Positions 38,973-48,407 of a stretch of 64,000 bases of DNA are shown piece by piece. Position 1 is the first letter of the stretch, and each line of letters begins with the position of its first letter. Below the pieces are notes generated by a model. The model was not told where the DNA came from. It made no database searches and saw only the letters and a list, made by a program, of their open reading frames with translations. The position numbers and the translations under genes were made by a program. The stretch covers positions 9,488 to 73,487 of IMG/VR virus record IMGVR_UViG_3300018432_000014. One strand, 5' to 3'. The stretch is from a virus.

Positions 38973-39462
38973 GCCCCGCGGCAAGCGGCCGACAGCGGCC
39001 CGCAAGCTCGGTCGTGACGCACTCTACTTTGCGTATGGCTCGAACCTGAGCGCGGCTCAGATGCAGGCGCGATGTCCCGGCGCCGTGATCGAGGCCCGCG
39101 CCACGTTGACCGACTACACGATCGCATTCGGTGGTTTCTCTGCGCGTTGGGGCGGCGGTGTCGCGAGCCTCGTACGAGTGCGCGGCGCATGCACAGAAGG
39201 TCTGATCTACCGAATCGACCGAGACCTCATGCGCCAGCTGGATCAGTACGAGGGTGTTCCCCGCTCGTACGTACGCATCGCGAAAGAGGTACTCGACGAG
39301 CACGGCCGCCGACGTCGCGCGCAAGTGTATCTGCAGACCGACGACGCATTCACATCCGAGTGTCTGCCCTCTGCGAGGTACTTCGCGCAGATCCTCGCCG
39401 CATACGACCGACTAGGTTTCGACACCGATCCGCTACGCGCCGCCATTGGAGGCTATCAGTGA
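38962..39462 (+). CDS. Gamma-glutamylcyclotransferase (GGCT-like)
   Basis: YFAYGSNL...QM..RCP, LD.YEG.P..Y, PS..Y. Confidence 0.88.
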   Translation: MAHKPRGKRPTAARKLGRDALYFAYGSNLSAAQMQARCPGAVIEARATLTDYTIAFGGFSARWGGGVASLVRVRGACTEGLIYRIDRDLMRQLDQYEGVPRSYVRIAKEVLDEHGRRRRAQVYLQTDDAFTSECLPSARYFAQILAAYDRLGFDTDPLRAAIGGYQ

Positions 39463-39827
39463 CGACGATCGTGTTTGTGTACGGCTCGCTCCTTGCAGGG
39501 CAGGGCAATCACCGAGTGCTGCGCACGGCTCGCTTCGTCGGGCGCGCGCAGACCGCGCCCGAGTACACCATGCATTCGCTAGGCGGGTTTCCGGGCGTTG
39601 TGAGCGGCGGCAGCACCCCGATCGAGGGCGAGTGCTACGAGGTCGACGGCCCGACGCTCGAGGCTTTAGACCGGCTTGAGGGACACCCAAGTTTCTACCG
39701 CCGAACGCGGATTGTGCTAGAGGACAAGATGTCGGTTGAAATCTACTTGCTCACTTCCGAGCAAGTCGACGAGCTGCCGATCGTGGTTTCGGGTTGCTGG
39801 TTACAGTACCGACAGGGGCAAAGATGA
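39459..39827 (+). CDS. Gamma-glutamylcyclotransferase (AIG2/YtfP-like)
   Basis: VFVYGSL..G.GNH, GE.YEVD...L..LD.LEGHP.FY.R. Confidence 0.88.
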   Translation: MTTIVFVYGSLLAGQGNHRVLRTARFVGRAQTAPEYTMHSLGGFPGVVSGGSTPIEGECYEVDGPTLEALDRLEGHPSFYRRTRIVLEDKMSVEIYLLTSEQVDELPIVVSGCWLQYRQGQR

Positions 39828-40069
39828 GAATCGAAATTCGTGATGGTCGCGTGCTGCAGGGCACGGCATTGCAGATTGTAAAAGCGATGCAGGATCTGGC
39901 ATTCGGCGTCGACGATTTTACGGTTGCGCAGTACGTCGCTTGGGTTGTCGACAACACGCTGCGCATCGAAGAGCTAGCGCTCGACGTCAAGGGCGAGACA
40001 GACGACGAGCTTGCGCAGTCGCTCGTCGACGAGATGCTGCGGCACAACTTCGCGCGAAAGCTCGACTGA
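39824..40069 (+). CDS. Small protein coupled to the amidoligase operon
   Basis: DGRVLQGTALQIV.AM; ATGA overlap. Confidence 0.65.
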   Translation: MRIEIRDGRVLQGTALQIVKAMQDLAFGVDDFTVAQYVAWVVDNTLRIEELALDVKGETDDELAQSLVDEMLRHNFARKLD

Positions 40070-40075
40070 GACGAG

Positions 40076-40104
40076 TTGACAACGAGGCCCGCATCCGGGA
40101 CACT
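40076..40104 (+). promoter_or_regulatory. Class II promoter
   Basis: TTGACA-17-GACACT-6-ATG 40111; operator GGCCCGCATCCGGGAC 40086-40101. Confidence 0.85.
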
Positions 40105-40110
40105 ATAAGC

Positions 40111-40296
40111 ATGGCTGCGAAACGTCGTCGTCGGTGTGTAGTGTGCGAGCGAGAATGCGTGCTTCTTTTGTGCGCGCGATGTTCGCGCTCATACGACAGG
40201 TCTTGTCGGAGAGACGACTCGACGCTCGCAGCTGTCATCGAATGGGCCGCGACACGAGCCCGCAGGTTTGTGAAAGGTGATCCACGTGGCCAGTAA
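40111..40296 (+). CDS. Small Cys-rich protein, leaderless
   Basis: CVVC...CARC. Confidence 0.6.
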   Translation: MAAKRRRRCVVCERECVLLLCARCSRSYDRSCRRDDSTLAAVIEWAATRARRFVKGDPRGQ

Positions 40297-41182
40297 ACAG
40301 TTTCGCCCGATGCTCGCAGAGACGCTCGAGTCAGTGACTCAGCTTCGTTTTCCGGTGCTCGTGTCACCCAAGCTCGACGGCATTCGGTGCGTGATCCGAG
40401 AGGGCAAAGCTCTGAGCCGGAGCCTCAAACCGATCCCGAACGAAGCCGTGCGGAAGTTTCTCGAGGGCCGCCCGGAACTTGAGGGCCTCGACGGCGAGTT
40501 GATGGTCCACGGCGCGACGTTTCAGACCGTCACGAGCACGTTTATGAGCCGCTCGGGCGCGTTGCCGGGAGGTTGGTATTTCGGCGTGTTCGATGCTCTG
40601 CCGATTGTCGAGCGCGAGCCCTACACGACTCGGTTGATTCGAGCGACGGCTGCGGTCGCTGCAGCGGGCCCGCACATCGTGCTTGTCGAGCAGAGCGAGA
40701 TCGCGAATGCGGATCAGCTCGATACGTACGAGGCGAAAGCTCTCGAGCTTGGCTTCGAAGGCGTGATGATTCGTCGCGCTGCAGCGTTCTACAAGCACGG
40801 CCGTTCGACCGCGACCGACGGCGCCTTGCTCAAGCTCAAGCGCTTTGCCGACGGCGAGGCGACGGTAATCGGCTTTGCCGAGCGCATGCACAACGGCAAC
40901 ATTGCGACGACGAGCGCGATCGGTCGCACGCAACGATCATCAGCGAAAGCAGGCAAGTCGCAGACGGGCTCGCTCGGTGCGTTGCTTGTGCGTGAGTGCG
41001 CGACCGGGATCGAGTTTGAGGTCGGCACCGGTTTCACCGAGTCGCAACGCCAGTCATTTTGGCGCGAGCAGACCGAGTTGCTCGGTCGCACGATCAAGTA
41101 CAAGCATTTCGTGATCGGCGCGATGCTCAAGCCGCGGTTCCCGACCTTCGTCGGCTTCCGAGCGGCCGAAGACATGGGCTAG
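40277..41182 (+). CDS. ATP-dependent DNA ligase
   Basis: PKLDG.R, LDGEL, FGVFD, FEGVM.R, KLK, OB-fold VGTGF, PRFP.F.GFR. Confidence 0.93.
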   Translation: MIHVASKQFRPMLAETLESVTQLRFPVLVSPKLDGIRCVIREGKALSRSLKPIPNEAVRKFLEGRPELEGLDGELMVHGATFQTVTSTFMSRSGALPGGWYFGVFDALPIVEREPYTTRLIRATAAVAAAGPHIVLVEQSEIANADQLDTYEAKALELGFEGVMIRRAAAFYKHGRSTATDGALLKLKRFADGEATVIGFAERMHNGNIATTSAIGRTQRSSAKAGKSQTGSLGALLVRECATGIEFEVGTGFTESQRQSFWREQTELLGRTIKYKHFVIGAMLKPRFPTFVGFRAAEDMG

Positions 41183-41347
41183 CGCGTCGCTCGAGGGCCC
41201 GAGCTGCCCGATCGCCTCGAGGCCGCTACGTCGACGAGCCCGCTCGAGGCCCGCGCCACTCAGAGCCTGCAGGCTACCGCCGATCGGCAGCTCGAGGCCC
41301 GCGCCGACCTGCAGCCCGCGCCGCTCGAGACCGCCGATCGGCTCTCG

Positions 41348-41386
41348 TGAAATACAGCTAGCGCTTTTCAAGACCTGAGCTAGAGT
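41348..41386 (+). promoter_or_regulatory. Class I promoter/operator, copy 15
   Basis: TAGAGT, 6 nt, GTG 41393. Confidence 0.88.
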
Positions 41387-41392
41387 CTTGGT

Positions 41393-41656
41393 GTGGCGAG
41401 CAAGAACAAAGACGACGGTTATCGAGATTCGATCGACACTGCCGCGTATGAATGCGATCAGGCGAAAGCAGGTCGACCTGAGCGCAGTTGGGCAGATGCA
41501 ATCGATGCGCGTGCTGATCAGGTTGAGGCTGAACAACTTCTTCCCGAGCTATCTAGCGCCAAACGGATCCGCGTCGTTCGGCACATGCGCGACACTGCCG
41601 AGGCGAAACGTCGGCCGGTTGCCGAAGGGCTGACGTGGTTGAGAAAACGACAGTAA
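41393..41656 (+). CDS. Small hypothetical protein (cassette, leaderless)
   Basis: 87 aa. Confidence 0.7.
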   Translation: MASKNKDDGYRDSIDTAAYECDQAKAGRPERSWADAIDARADQVEAEQLLPELSSAKRIRVVRHMRDTAEAKRRPVAEGLTWLRKRQ

Positions 41657-41669
41657 TCGCGAGCGGTTG

Positions 41670-41708
41670 TGAAATACCGCTAGCGCTTTTCAAGACCTGA
41701 GCTAGAGT
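41670..41708 (+). promoter_or_regulatory. Class I promoter/operator, copy 16
   Basis: Consensus; TAGAGT, 6 nt, GTG 41715. Confidence 0.9.
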
Positions 41709-41714
41709 CTTGGT

Positions 41715-41960
41715 GTGGGCAACAAAACGAAAACGAAACGAATCTCACCAACGTACAAAGACCGTGGAATCGTGGCGCATGTGACGATCGTCGCGCGTCG
41801 GGGCAGTCAGCGAGGGCTCGGCACGGGCTCGCGATACAACGTATGCGGCGCAGAGCTAACCGCCTACGACATGAGCGTTGCAGAAGCCAAGGGCGAGAAG
41901 CTCGCAGGCATGCTCGAAGAGTGGCTCACATGCCCGGCATGTCGTGCGCTCGAAAAGTGA
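41715..41960 (+). CDS. Small Zn-finger protein (cassette, leaderless)
   Basis: H...CG...TCPAC. Confidence 0.72.
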   Translation: MGNKTKTKRISPTYKDRGIVAHVTIVARRGSQRGLGTGSRYNVCGAELTAYDMSVAEAKGEKLAGMLEEWLTCPACRALEK

Positions 41961-42004
41961 GAGGCCCGCGCCGCTCGAGATTCTCGAGCGGCTGCCGGGG
42001 CTTG

Positions 42005-42043
42005 TGAAATACCGCTAGCATTTTTCAAGACCTGAGCTAGAGT
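42005..42043 (+). promoter_or_regulatory. Class I promoter/operator, copy 17
   Basis: TGAAATACCGCTAGCATTTTTCAAGACCTGAGCTAGAGT. Confidence 0.88.
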
Positions 42044-42081
42044 CTTGTTGTGGGCACGAGAGCCCCGAGACGGAGTCGAAG

Positions 42082-42330
42082 ATGTCGGAACAGAGCAACT
42101 ATTACGAGAACTACTGCCGCGCCGGTGCTTTTGCGAGCGAGGATGCCGACGAGTGCGGTTGTCGCGGATCAGGTTGGTTTCTGTCGGAGGTCGACACGTG
42201 GCACGAGTGCCCGGTGCATTACGTAGCCGGTCAACGTCACCCCGAAGACGGTGATGTCTTCGAGGGCCCGACACAAGCTGCCCCGGTCGCGGTCGCGGTT
42301 GCTGCAAACGACGACGACATCCTGTTTTGA
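42082..42330 (+). CDS. Small acidic Cys/His protein (cassette)
   Basis: C.CRGSGW.LS..DTWHECP.H....HPE; GGAG SD. Confidence 0.72.
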   Translation: MSEQSNYYENYCRAGAFASEDADECGCRGSGWFLSEVDTWHECPVHYVAGQRHPEDGDVFEGPTQAAPVAVAVAANDDDILF

Positions 42331-43013
42331 GATTTTGCCGACGGGCCGGGGAACACCCCGGCTCTCTGGCGAACACTCAGGAGCAAGACGACATGAGCAA
42401 GAATCGCAGAGCGTTTTTCGTACGGTCGACGACTCGGATCGATCGACCCGAGCTGCGAGGCCCGACATTCTACCCTGTCGTGCCTGGCACGCGTTGCCAG
42501 AACCTTGACCGGTTCTCGACCGCAAAGGCAGCTCGTGAGCGCATGGTCGCATTGCTCGCAGGCATCGACGACTCGGCGGGCGAGTACATCTCGAGCGTCG
42601 ACGCGTACTCGGTTGAGATTCGGACCACGATCAACGAGCACGGTCGTGAGGTCGTGACGGAGATTGGTAGGCGGCATTACCTTTGCCCGATGCAGTTGCG
42701 AGCGCGCGCAGACGGCACCGAGCAAGTGACTGCCTAAGCACCGACATCTCGGTTCGAGTGATCGACCCGTTCGTTTTACCGCAAGCACTGGATCGTCTGA
42801 CGTCGGTAGGTGTCCCGGATACGGTTTGCATGACGTCGATCAACTAGGGCTCGGATCGTAATCGCGATCCGATCGTTTGTTGCCTTGACCCTGTCGCGCG
42901 ATCGTCGGTAAACCGCAGAGCAGTCGCGCCGGTGTTAGCGTGGCCACGGATCGCGGGTCGTGGTGATCCTCGCGGTTGCAGCGAATACATCCGAGCAACG
43001 GAGATCGTTGATC

Positions 43014-43994
43014 ATGGCGAGAGCAAAGCTGCCGACGGGCATGTTTGGTTCCGAGGCAGAGCTGTGCGAGTTGCTCGCGAAGGTAGCTCGCGCCGCAGGG
43101 TTTCTCGTGCACGCCGAGGTCGGCTGTTGGGACATGGTCATCGTGTCGCGCGAGACCGGTCTGCAGTGCGGCGTTCAGGCGAAGTTGAGACCGAGCGTTG
43201 ATGTCTTGGCTCAGGCGTTCGGTACCGATTCGCACGAGCCCGGGCCCTCGGTGCATGCGGTGCTCGTACCGGTGCCCTCGAGAGCATTCCTGCAGGTCGC
43301 AGCGCGGCTCGACGTGATGGTGATCCAAGGCGTGACGCTCGACCGCTTCGACTTGGCGAGCGCAGTCTCGAGGGCGCCTCGTTGGCAGCACAAGGCGCCG
43401 CTCTGGGTGCCCGACGTCGAGATCATCACGCCGGCCGGGGTAGCGAGCCCGCGCAAGGTCACCGAATGGAAGGTCAACGCGGTCAAGTTGTGCTTGCTGC
43501 TTCGCGAGCGCGAATACGTGACGACGTCAGACATGCGGCGACTCGGACAGAATCGATCGTGGTGGTTCATGCGATCGGCGCCGATCCTCGTGCGCTCGGA
43601 ACACGAGTCGCGACAAGCCCGCTATGTCTTCGCGGATCCCTCGAGCCCTCTCGTGCCGGATCTTCGCTGGCCCGAGATCGTGACAGCTCTGCAGATCGGT
43701 GAGCGCAACCTTCGCGACCGAGAGGCGCGCGAGCTGGAGATCATCGAGTCGATCGCCGCTCACGCGTTGCCGCCGCAATCGTCGACGCCATCGCCTGTCA
43801 TCGTGCCGAGAGGTCGACCGCGAGTGCGCACGAAGGTCGAACAAAATGTTCCCCGGCAGTCGATGCTGCCGCCGCCGATGGGCAACGCGTCAGACTTCGA
43901 GCCCGTCTCGGAGCGGATCCTCAAGCCGCCCGCGAATGCTCGGCACGCACTCGCATGTGTCGAGCCTCTCGCCAAGCGACGCGCGCGCGCCTGA
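43014..43994 (+). CDS. PD-(D/E)xK-like phage protein
   Basis: SEAELC, E...WD..., G.QAKL motif order; Pro-rich tail. Confidence 0.55.
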   Translation: MARAKLPTGMFGSEAELCELLAKVARAAGFLVHAEVGCWDMVIVSRETGLQCGVQAKLRPSVDVLAQAFGTDSHEPGPSVHAVLVPVPSRAFLQVAARLDVMVIQGVTLDRFDLASAVSRAPRWQHKAPLWVPDVEIITPAGVASPRKVTEWKVNAVKLCLLLREREYVTTSDMRRLGQNRSWWFMRSAPILVRSEHESRQARYVFADPSSPLVPDLRWPEIVTALQIGERNLRDREARELEIIESIAAHALPPQSSTPSPVIVPRGRPRVRTKVEQNVPRQSMLPPPMGNASDFEPVSERILKPPANARHALACVEPLAKRRARA

Positions 43995-44138
43995 GATTGC
44001 GCGCGAGCATGTCTGCGTCGCCACTCTGATCGGAATACCGTGCAAGGGACCCTCCTAGGTCTCGGGTGATCGGTGCGTGATTGGCGAGGCCCTTTTCAGA
44101 CAAGGGCCTCGCCTGTCATTTCGATCGGGAGGTCGTTT

Positions 44139-44555
44139 GTGAAACGTCGACATGCGGTCAACATCGACGATCGCCGTTGGGGCCGAGTGCCTCGCTTCCA
44201 ATGCAGCGGCAAGATCCTGCGAGACGCGCGCGAGAGCGCATCGCTCACGTTGCGAGTCGTGAGCGACAGCACGGGGATCGCAGGCTGCTCAATCAGCGAC
44301 ATGGAGCGCGGCATCGTGGCAACGCCTCTGCATCACGTGCACGTGCTCTGTCGCAGTCTGAAGCTCGATCAGGCGAAGCTCGTCGAAGCCATTTTGCAAG
44401 ACAAACTTTTCGAGGTCGGGTTGCTCGGCTTCGAGGTGCGTGTGGCCCCGGGGCCACACGGCCCGATCGCAGCGCCCGAGCCGACCGAGGTGGTTGACCG
44501 GCCCGGCTCATCTGAGCCCGCTAGCGGCTCGCAGACGGGCTCGAGGAGGTCGTAG
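44139..44555 (+). CDS. XRE-family HTH protein
   Basis: GKILRDARE...LTLR.VS..TGI....ISDMERG; SD GGGAGG. Confidence 0.75.
   Translation: MKRRHAVNIDDRRWGRVPRFQCSGKILRDARESASLTLRVVSDSTGIAGCSISDMERGIVATPLHHVHVLCRSLKLDQAKLVEAILQDKLFEVGLLGFEVRVAPGPHGPIAAPEPTEVVDRPGSSEPASGSQTGSRRS
44440..44459. promoter_or_regulatory. 20-bp palindrome family, copy 7 (perfect, intragenic)
   Basis: GTGTGGCCCCGGGGCCACAC. Confidence 0.7.
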
Positions 44556-44697
44556 CGCTAGGTCGCCACGTCTACCAGGCTGCAGCCGTCAAAACGTCTC
44601 GCAGAGGCCCGGTGAGCCGATGTGGGACATGGCTATGCTGAGAGCGCTAGACAGCGGGCCCCTGATGCGGGACACTAATGGTGTGACGGGACTACGT

Positions 44698-45279
44698 TCA
44701 GCCTTGCGCAACGCTAGCAGGCGCAGCCGCTTGTGCAGCACGCAACCAAGCTGCCGCGGCGGCACTCGGGCGCTTGCGTCGACGCGTGCTCTCGCAGACG
44801 GCGCAGAGAGTCTGTCGCCCGGTCTTGCGTACGTAAGCCTCGCCACACTTGCGACAATCAGGCGTTGCGATCGTTTGAGTACCGAGCCAAGTGACATCGC
44901 CTCCGGTGTTGTCGGCGATTTTACTCAGAGCCATGTTTTCGATCTGCCGCACTCGCTCGCGTGTGATGCACATGACACGGCCAATTTCTTCGAGCGTCAT
45001 GCCGAAAGGGTGCTCGCTTACGGCACGTTGCGCGGCGGGGTGCATTTCCCATTCGAGATCCGACCACGGATCGGGTATGTGCGCCGGGGCTCGACCGCGT
45101 CTCGGTGCGGGTCTTTGGGGACAGACCTCTGGCACGGATTGAGATGTCGCAGCGATCGGCGTTTTTCGGATGCGAATCTTGTACGGCACGTCAGACGTTT
45201 TAGTGGCTACCGCAATGTGGGAGCTAGGTGCTCCAGCTATTGCGCGGGCGATTTTGGTTGCACATAAACGAGTCTTCAA
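44698..45279 (-). CDS. Stand-alone sigma-70 region 4 domain plus Zn ribbon (start uncertain)
   Basis: MTLEEIGRVMCITRERVRQIENMALSKI, close to RpoD TLEEVG..F.VTRERIRQIEAKALRKL; CRKC...CAVC. Confidence 0.75.
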   Translation of the reverse strand: MKTRLCATKIARAIAGAPSSHIAVATKTSDVPYKIRIRKTPIAATSQSVPEVCPQRPAPRRGRAPAHIPDPWSDLEWEMHPAAQRAVSEHPFGMTLEEIGRVMCITRERVRQIENMALSKIADNTGGDVTWLGTQTIATPDCRKCGEAYVRKTGRQTLCAVCESTRRRKRPSAAAAAWLRAAQAAAPASVAQG

Positions 45280-45322
45280 GAGGGACGCCTAACGGCCCGC
45301 ATCGGGCACGAGACGAAAGATC

Positions 45323-45670
45323 ATGAGAAAAGTATTGTTGTTGAGTGCGATTCGGATGGTGCGCGGCGACAAGGCGGCTTTAGAAGAGATTCTGCGCGCT
45401 CTGCGCAAGACGTCCGGAAATATGCGGCAAGCCTGTGAGCAACTCGGGCTCGGCAAATCGTCGATGTACCGGCTCATCGAAGAGCTTGGTGCGCGAGACG
45501 CGGTCGACGCTCTGATCGAAGCGAAGGGCTACAAGATCAAGGGCCGCGACAAGGATCGCGCAGTCGAGCCGGCTCGTAAGCGCAAGGCTTCTGTGACGAC
45601 TCTCAAGACGAAGCCCGAGCCCGTAGCTGCACCGGGCCCGCGCGCTCGCGTCAAAAAGGCGTCTGCGTGA
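45323..45670 (+). CDS. Stand-alone Fis-type (HTH_8) DNA-binding protein with basic tail
   Basis: ILRALRKTSGNMRQACEQLGLGKSSMYRLIEELG. Confidence 0.75.
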   Translation: MRKVLLLSAIRMVRGDKAALEEILRALRKTSGNMRQACEQLGLGKSSMYRLIEELGARDAVDALIEAKGYKIKGRDKDRAVEPARKRKASVTTLKTKPEPVAAPGPRARVKKASA

Positions 45671-46357
45671 GCTTGTCTGACAAAACCTGTCGAACGTTCG
45701 CGATCAACACTCGAACGTTCGTGCTGCAGTCGGCCCCGGAGGTCTCGCCAAGCGAGAAGCTGATCAGTAGCGCGACGGTGCTAGCGATTGGCTCGCACGA
45801 GCACGTCAGCATTTGGAATCGAGGCTGCCACGCGGGCGATCTCGTGATGAAAGAGGGCGACGGCGTGCCATTCGCGATCGCACTCGGGTTGGTCGAGGTC
45901 GACAAGTGAGATGCAACTTCTGCAACCTGCGAGACGTCCGACGTTGGGCTGAGTTGAAAGGGCAAGTCGTGCACCTCGTCGACAACAAGCTCGACGGCGG
46001 CGTTACGGTTATCGTGTGTCGGCCCGACGAAACGCCGACACACCCCGATCACTTCGTCGCGTGGTTCATGGCTCTGCCGGATGCTTGCGCATGTTGACCT
46101 TGCTCGAGGGCCGGGTCCGAGTGCCCGATCTCTGGCGTGGCTATCGCGTGCTCTCGTGCGATCCACATCCCGACTTCGCAAACAACTACGAGTTGATCAT
46201 GACCGATGGTGACCACGTCGCGTTTCAGCTCATCAGCAACGTGTGTCTCGAGCGTGCATACAATCCGCAACCGTTCATCATCAGCGCGTTAAATCGCTGC
46301 GCCGATCTGCTCGATCAACAAAGGCGTAAGCGCACAAAGACGTGATAGGCCTCGCGA

Positions 46358-46672
46358 GTGCTCTGCACTCGGTGTCACAAGCAAGCCGCTGTCGAGGGAA
46401 CACGTCGCTGCGATTCGTGTCGCGCGTACTCGAACGCTCGACAACGCGAGCAACGCATCCGACGCGAGCGCGAAGCCAGATGCCTCTGCGGGCAACCGTG
46501 CGGCGAGTACCTCACTCGGTGCGATGCATGTCTCGACGAAGAAATGCGCGCTCGCGAAGAGTTGCAGGCCCGACGCGAGCGCGAGCATGCGTGCATCTTG
46601 TGCGGCAAACGTAGCCCTACAGCCGGCCTCAAGACGTGCCGAGTCTGTATCGACCGGCTACTGCGGCGTTGA
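46358..46672 (+). CDS. Cys-rich repeat protein
   Basis: Three units of paired Cys motifs. Confidence 0.6.
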   Translation: MLCTRCHKQAAVEGTRRCDSCRAYSNARQREQRIRREREARCLCGQPCGEYLTRCDACLDEEMRAREELQARREREHACILCGKRSPTAGLKTCRVCIDRLLRR

Positions 46673-47872
46673 GACCGCTGCGGCCCGCACGCGCGCTCGA
46701 GGGCCGGTCGTACGCTTCGCTTTGCCTGACGTGAGTCTTTCCCAGCGCTCGACGATGACGTCGCAGTATTCGGGCGACAGCTCGATCGATGTGCAGGAGC
46801 GTCCGAGCTGTTCCGCTGCGATGAGAGTCGAGCCCGAGCCTGCAAACGGGTCGAGGACCGTGCCCTCGCTGAAACCCAAACACCAAGCCATCAGAGCGAC
46901 AGGCTTTTGAGTCGGGTGCTGCCGCTTCTCGGATTCGCCCGCGCGAATCATGCCATTCCAGAGCTGCCGATGAATGCGAGCGGGCCCGGGCCGATTCGAC
47001 CAAGCAAGCTCGGCATCTGCAAAGTTGTTTTGGATCTCGGTGTCGACTCGCTTGTCCCAAATCAACCAGCCACCGACGGGCGGCAGCTGATCGGCGAAGT
47101 AGTTGCCTCCCCAAATCGTGACGACATCAGCGAGCGCGATGAGCCATCGGACCTCGGGCGTTTTGCCGTCGCCTGCGATCGGCGTGTACTTGCCCTTCTT
47201 CGCTTTGTGCCACGGCCCATCGATGCAACCGACGACGCCCTTTTGCACAACGGCAATGCCGTATGGCGGATCAGCCAACACGGCGCCGAATCGATCCGCA
47301 TGTTTCACGGTCAACGCATCGCCACAAATCAGCCGATGCTTGCCGAGCGTCCACACATCCCCGAGCTTGCTGACCGGCTTGCCTTTCGGCAGCTCGGGGA
47401 CCTCGTCTTCGGTGATCTCGCTGCGAGCTTCGCGATCGGCATCGGCGATCAGCTTCTCGACCTCGGCAGCCGTCCAACCGGTGCCGGGCAGATCGTCGGT
47501 ATGCTTCGACATCAACGCGGCGAGTTCGGTGTCATTCCAACCGCCTTTGATCACGAGTTGATTCGAGGTGACTAGGTACGCCTCGGCTTCGTGCTCGTTG
47601 CGGAAGTTCACGCCGCGCACGACGGGAACACACCATGTGCCGTCTGCAGAGACCTCGATGCGATCGGGCGGCGGCTGGCCCATGGCTTTCTTCGCAAGCA
47701 ACTTCTCGAGGCGACCATGCCCCGCAACGATGCGCTGCGTACCCTCGTCGAAGCAGATCGGCTCGACGTAGCCGAACCGATCGAGCGACTCACCGAGCCC
47801 GTCGAGGTCGTGCTCTTTGGGGTTGCCTGGCCATGTCGCCAGCTCTTCGAGGGGCACCCACTCGAGGCGCAT
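46658..47872 (-). CDS. ParB-like N-terminal domain fused to N4/N6 DNA methyltransferase
   Basis: NPKEH, SL.RFG..EPI, IVAGHGR; ADPPYG, HPTQKPVAL, VLDPFAGSGST. Confidence 0.9.
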   Translation of the reverse strand: MRLEWVPLEELATWPGNPKEHDLDGLGESLDRFGYVEPICFDEGTQRIVAGHGRLEKLLAKKAMGQPPPDRIEVSADGTWCVPVVRGVNFRNEHEAEAYLVTSNQLVIKGGWNDTELAALMSKHTDDLPGTGWTAAEVEKLIADADREARSEITEDEVPELPKGKPVSKLGDVWTLGKHRLICGDALTVKHADRFGAVLADPPYGIAVVQKGVVGCIDGPWHKAKKGKYTPIAGDGKTPEVRWLIALADVVTIWGGNYFADQLPPVGGWLIWDKRVDTEIQNNFADAELAWSNRPGPARIHRQLWNGMIRAGESEKRQHPTQKPVALMAWCLGFSEGTVLDPFAGSGSTLIAAEQLGRSCTSIELSPEYCDVIVERWERLTSGKAKRTTGPRARVRAAAVSTPQ

Positions 47873-47878
47873 CTTGCT

Positions 47879-47898
47879 TTGTGGCCCCGGGGCCACAC
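47879..47898. promoter_or_regulatory. 20-bp palindrome family, copy 8, just upstream of the ParB-MTase start
   Basis: TTGTGGCCCCGGGGCCACAC. Confidence 0.7.
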
Positions 47899-47916
47899 GG
47901 GTGTTCCGACGTTGAG

Positions 47917-48327
47917 TCAAAGGCCAGCAACCTTTCCGTTGTTCCAACCGGCATGAAAGCCGGGCGTGCTGCCGATCCTGGGATCTTGCTCGGTCCAATC
48001 GCGCCCGAGCGTTCGATACTGCACCGGGATGTCGTGATCGCCCGCAAGCTGGACCGCGATCAGCATGCCGTCGCTGACGCCGAGATCGGTGCAGACGATC
48101 ACGGTTTCCGCGAGTAGCAGCCAAGCACAATGCGATGCGATGCCGTGCGTGCGATCGGCGTCTCGTGTGTCGTCGAGGACTCTCGGATAGAGCAGATGGC
48201 CCAAGAATGGCGCCTCGCCTCGACGAAGCGAATCGAGCATGCACGCGTCCGCATATTGGAGGTTGAGCTTGAGATCACCTCTGAAGGGCGACTCAATGCA
48301 GACGGGCTTCGCGGTCGGTAGGATCAT
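47917..48327 (-). CDS. Nucleoside deoxyribosyltransferase-fold-like protein (DUF4406/DUF7768-like)
   Basis: IESPF.G....N..YA....DSL.RGEAP...HLLY..VLDD, DLG.S.GM. Confidence 0.7.
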   Translation of the reverse strand: MILPTAKPVCIESPFRGDLKLNLQYADACMLDSLRRGEAPFLGHLLYPRVLDDTRDADRTHGIASHCAWLLLAETVIVCTDLGVSDGMLIAVQLAGDHDIPVQYRTLGRDWTEQDPRIGSTPGFHAGWNNGKVAGL

Positions 48328-48407
48328 TTCGATTGGCTCGGCTATCCGACGATCGGGTTGGTCTTGAGATACGCTGCGGGCAGTTACGAGAGCAAGTTGA
48401 GGGATCG

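Noticed and set aside
47873-48244. N-terminal extension of the 528-aa ParB-MTase ORF
   Set aside because: It overlaps the real gene 47917-48327 in another frame; recognisable sequence starts at MRLEWVPL (47872).
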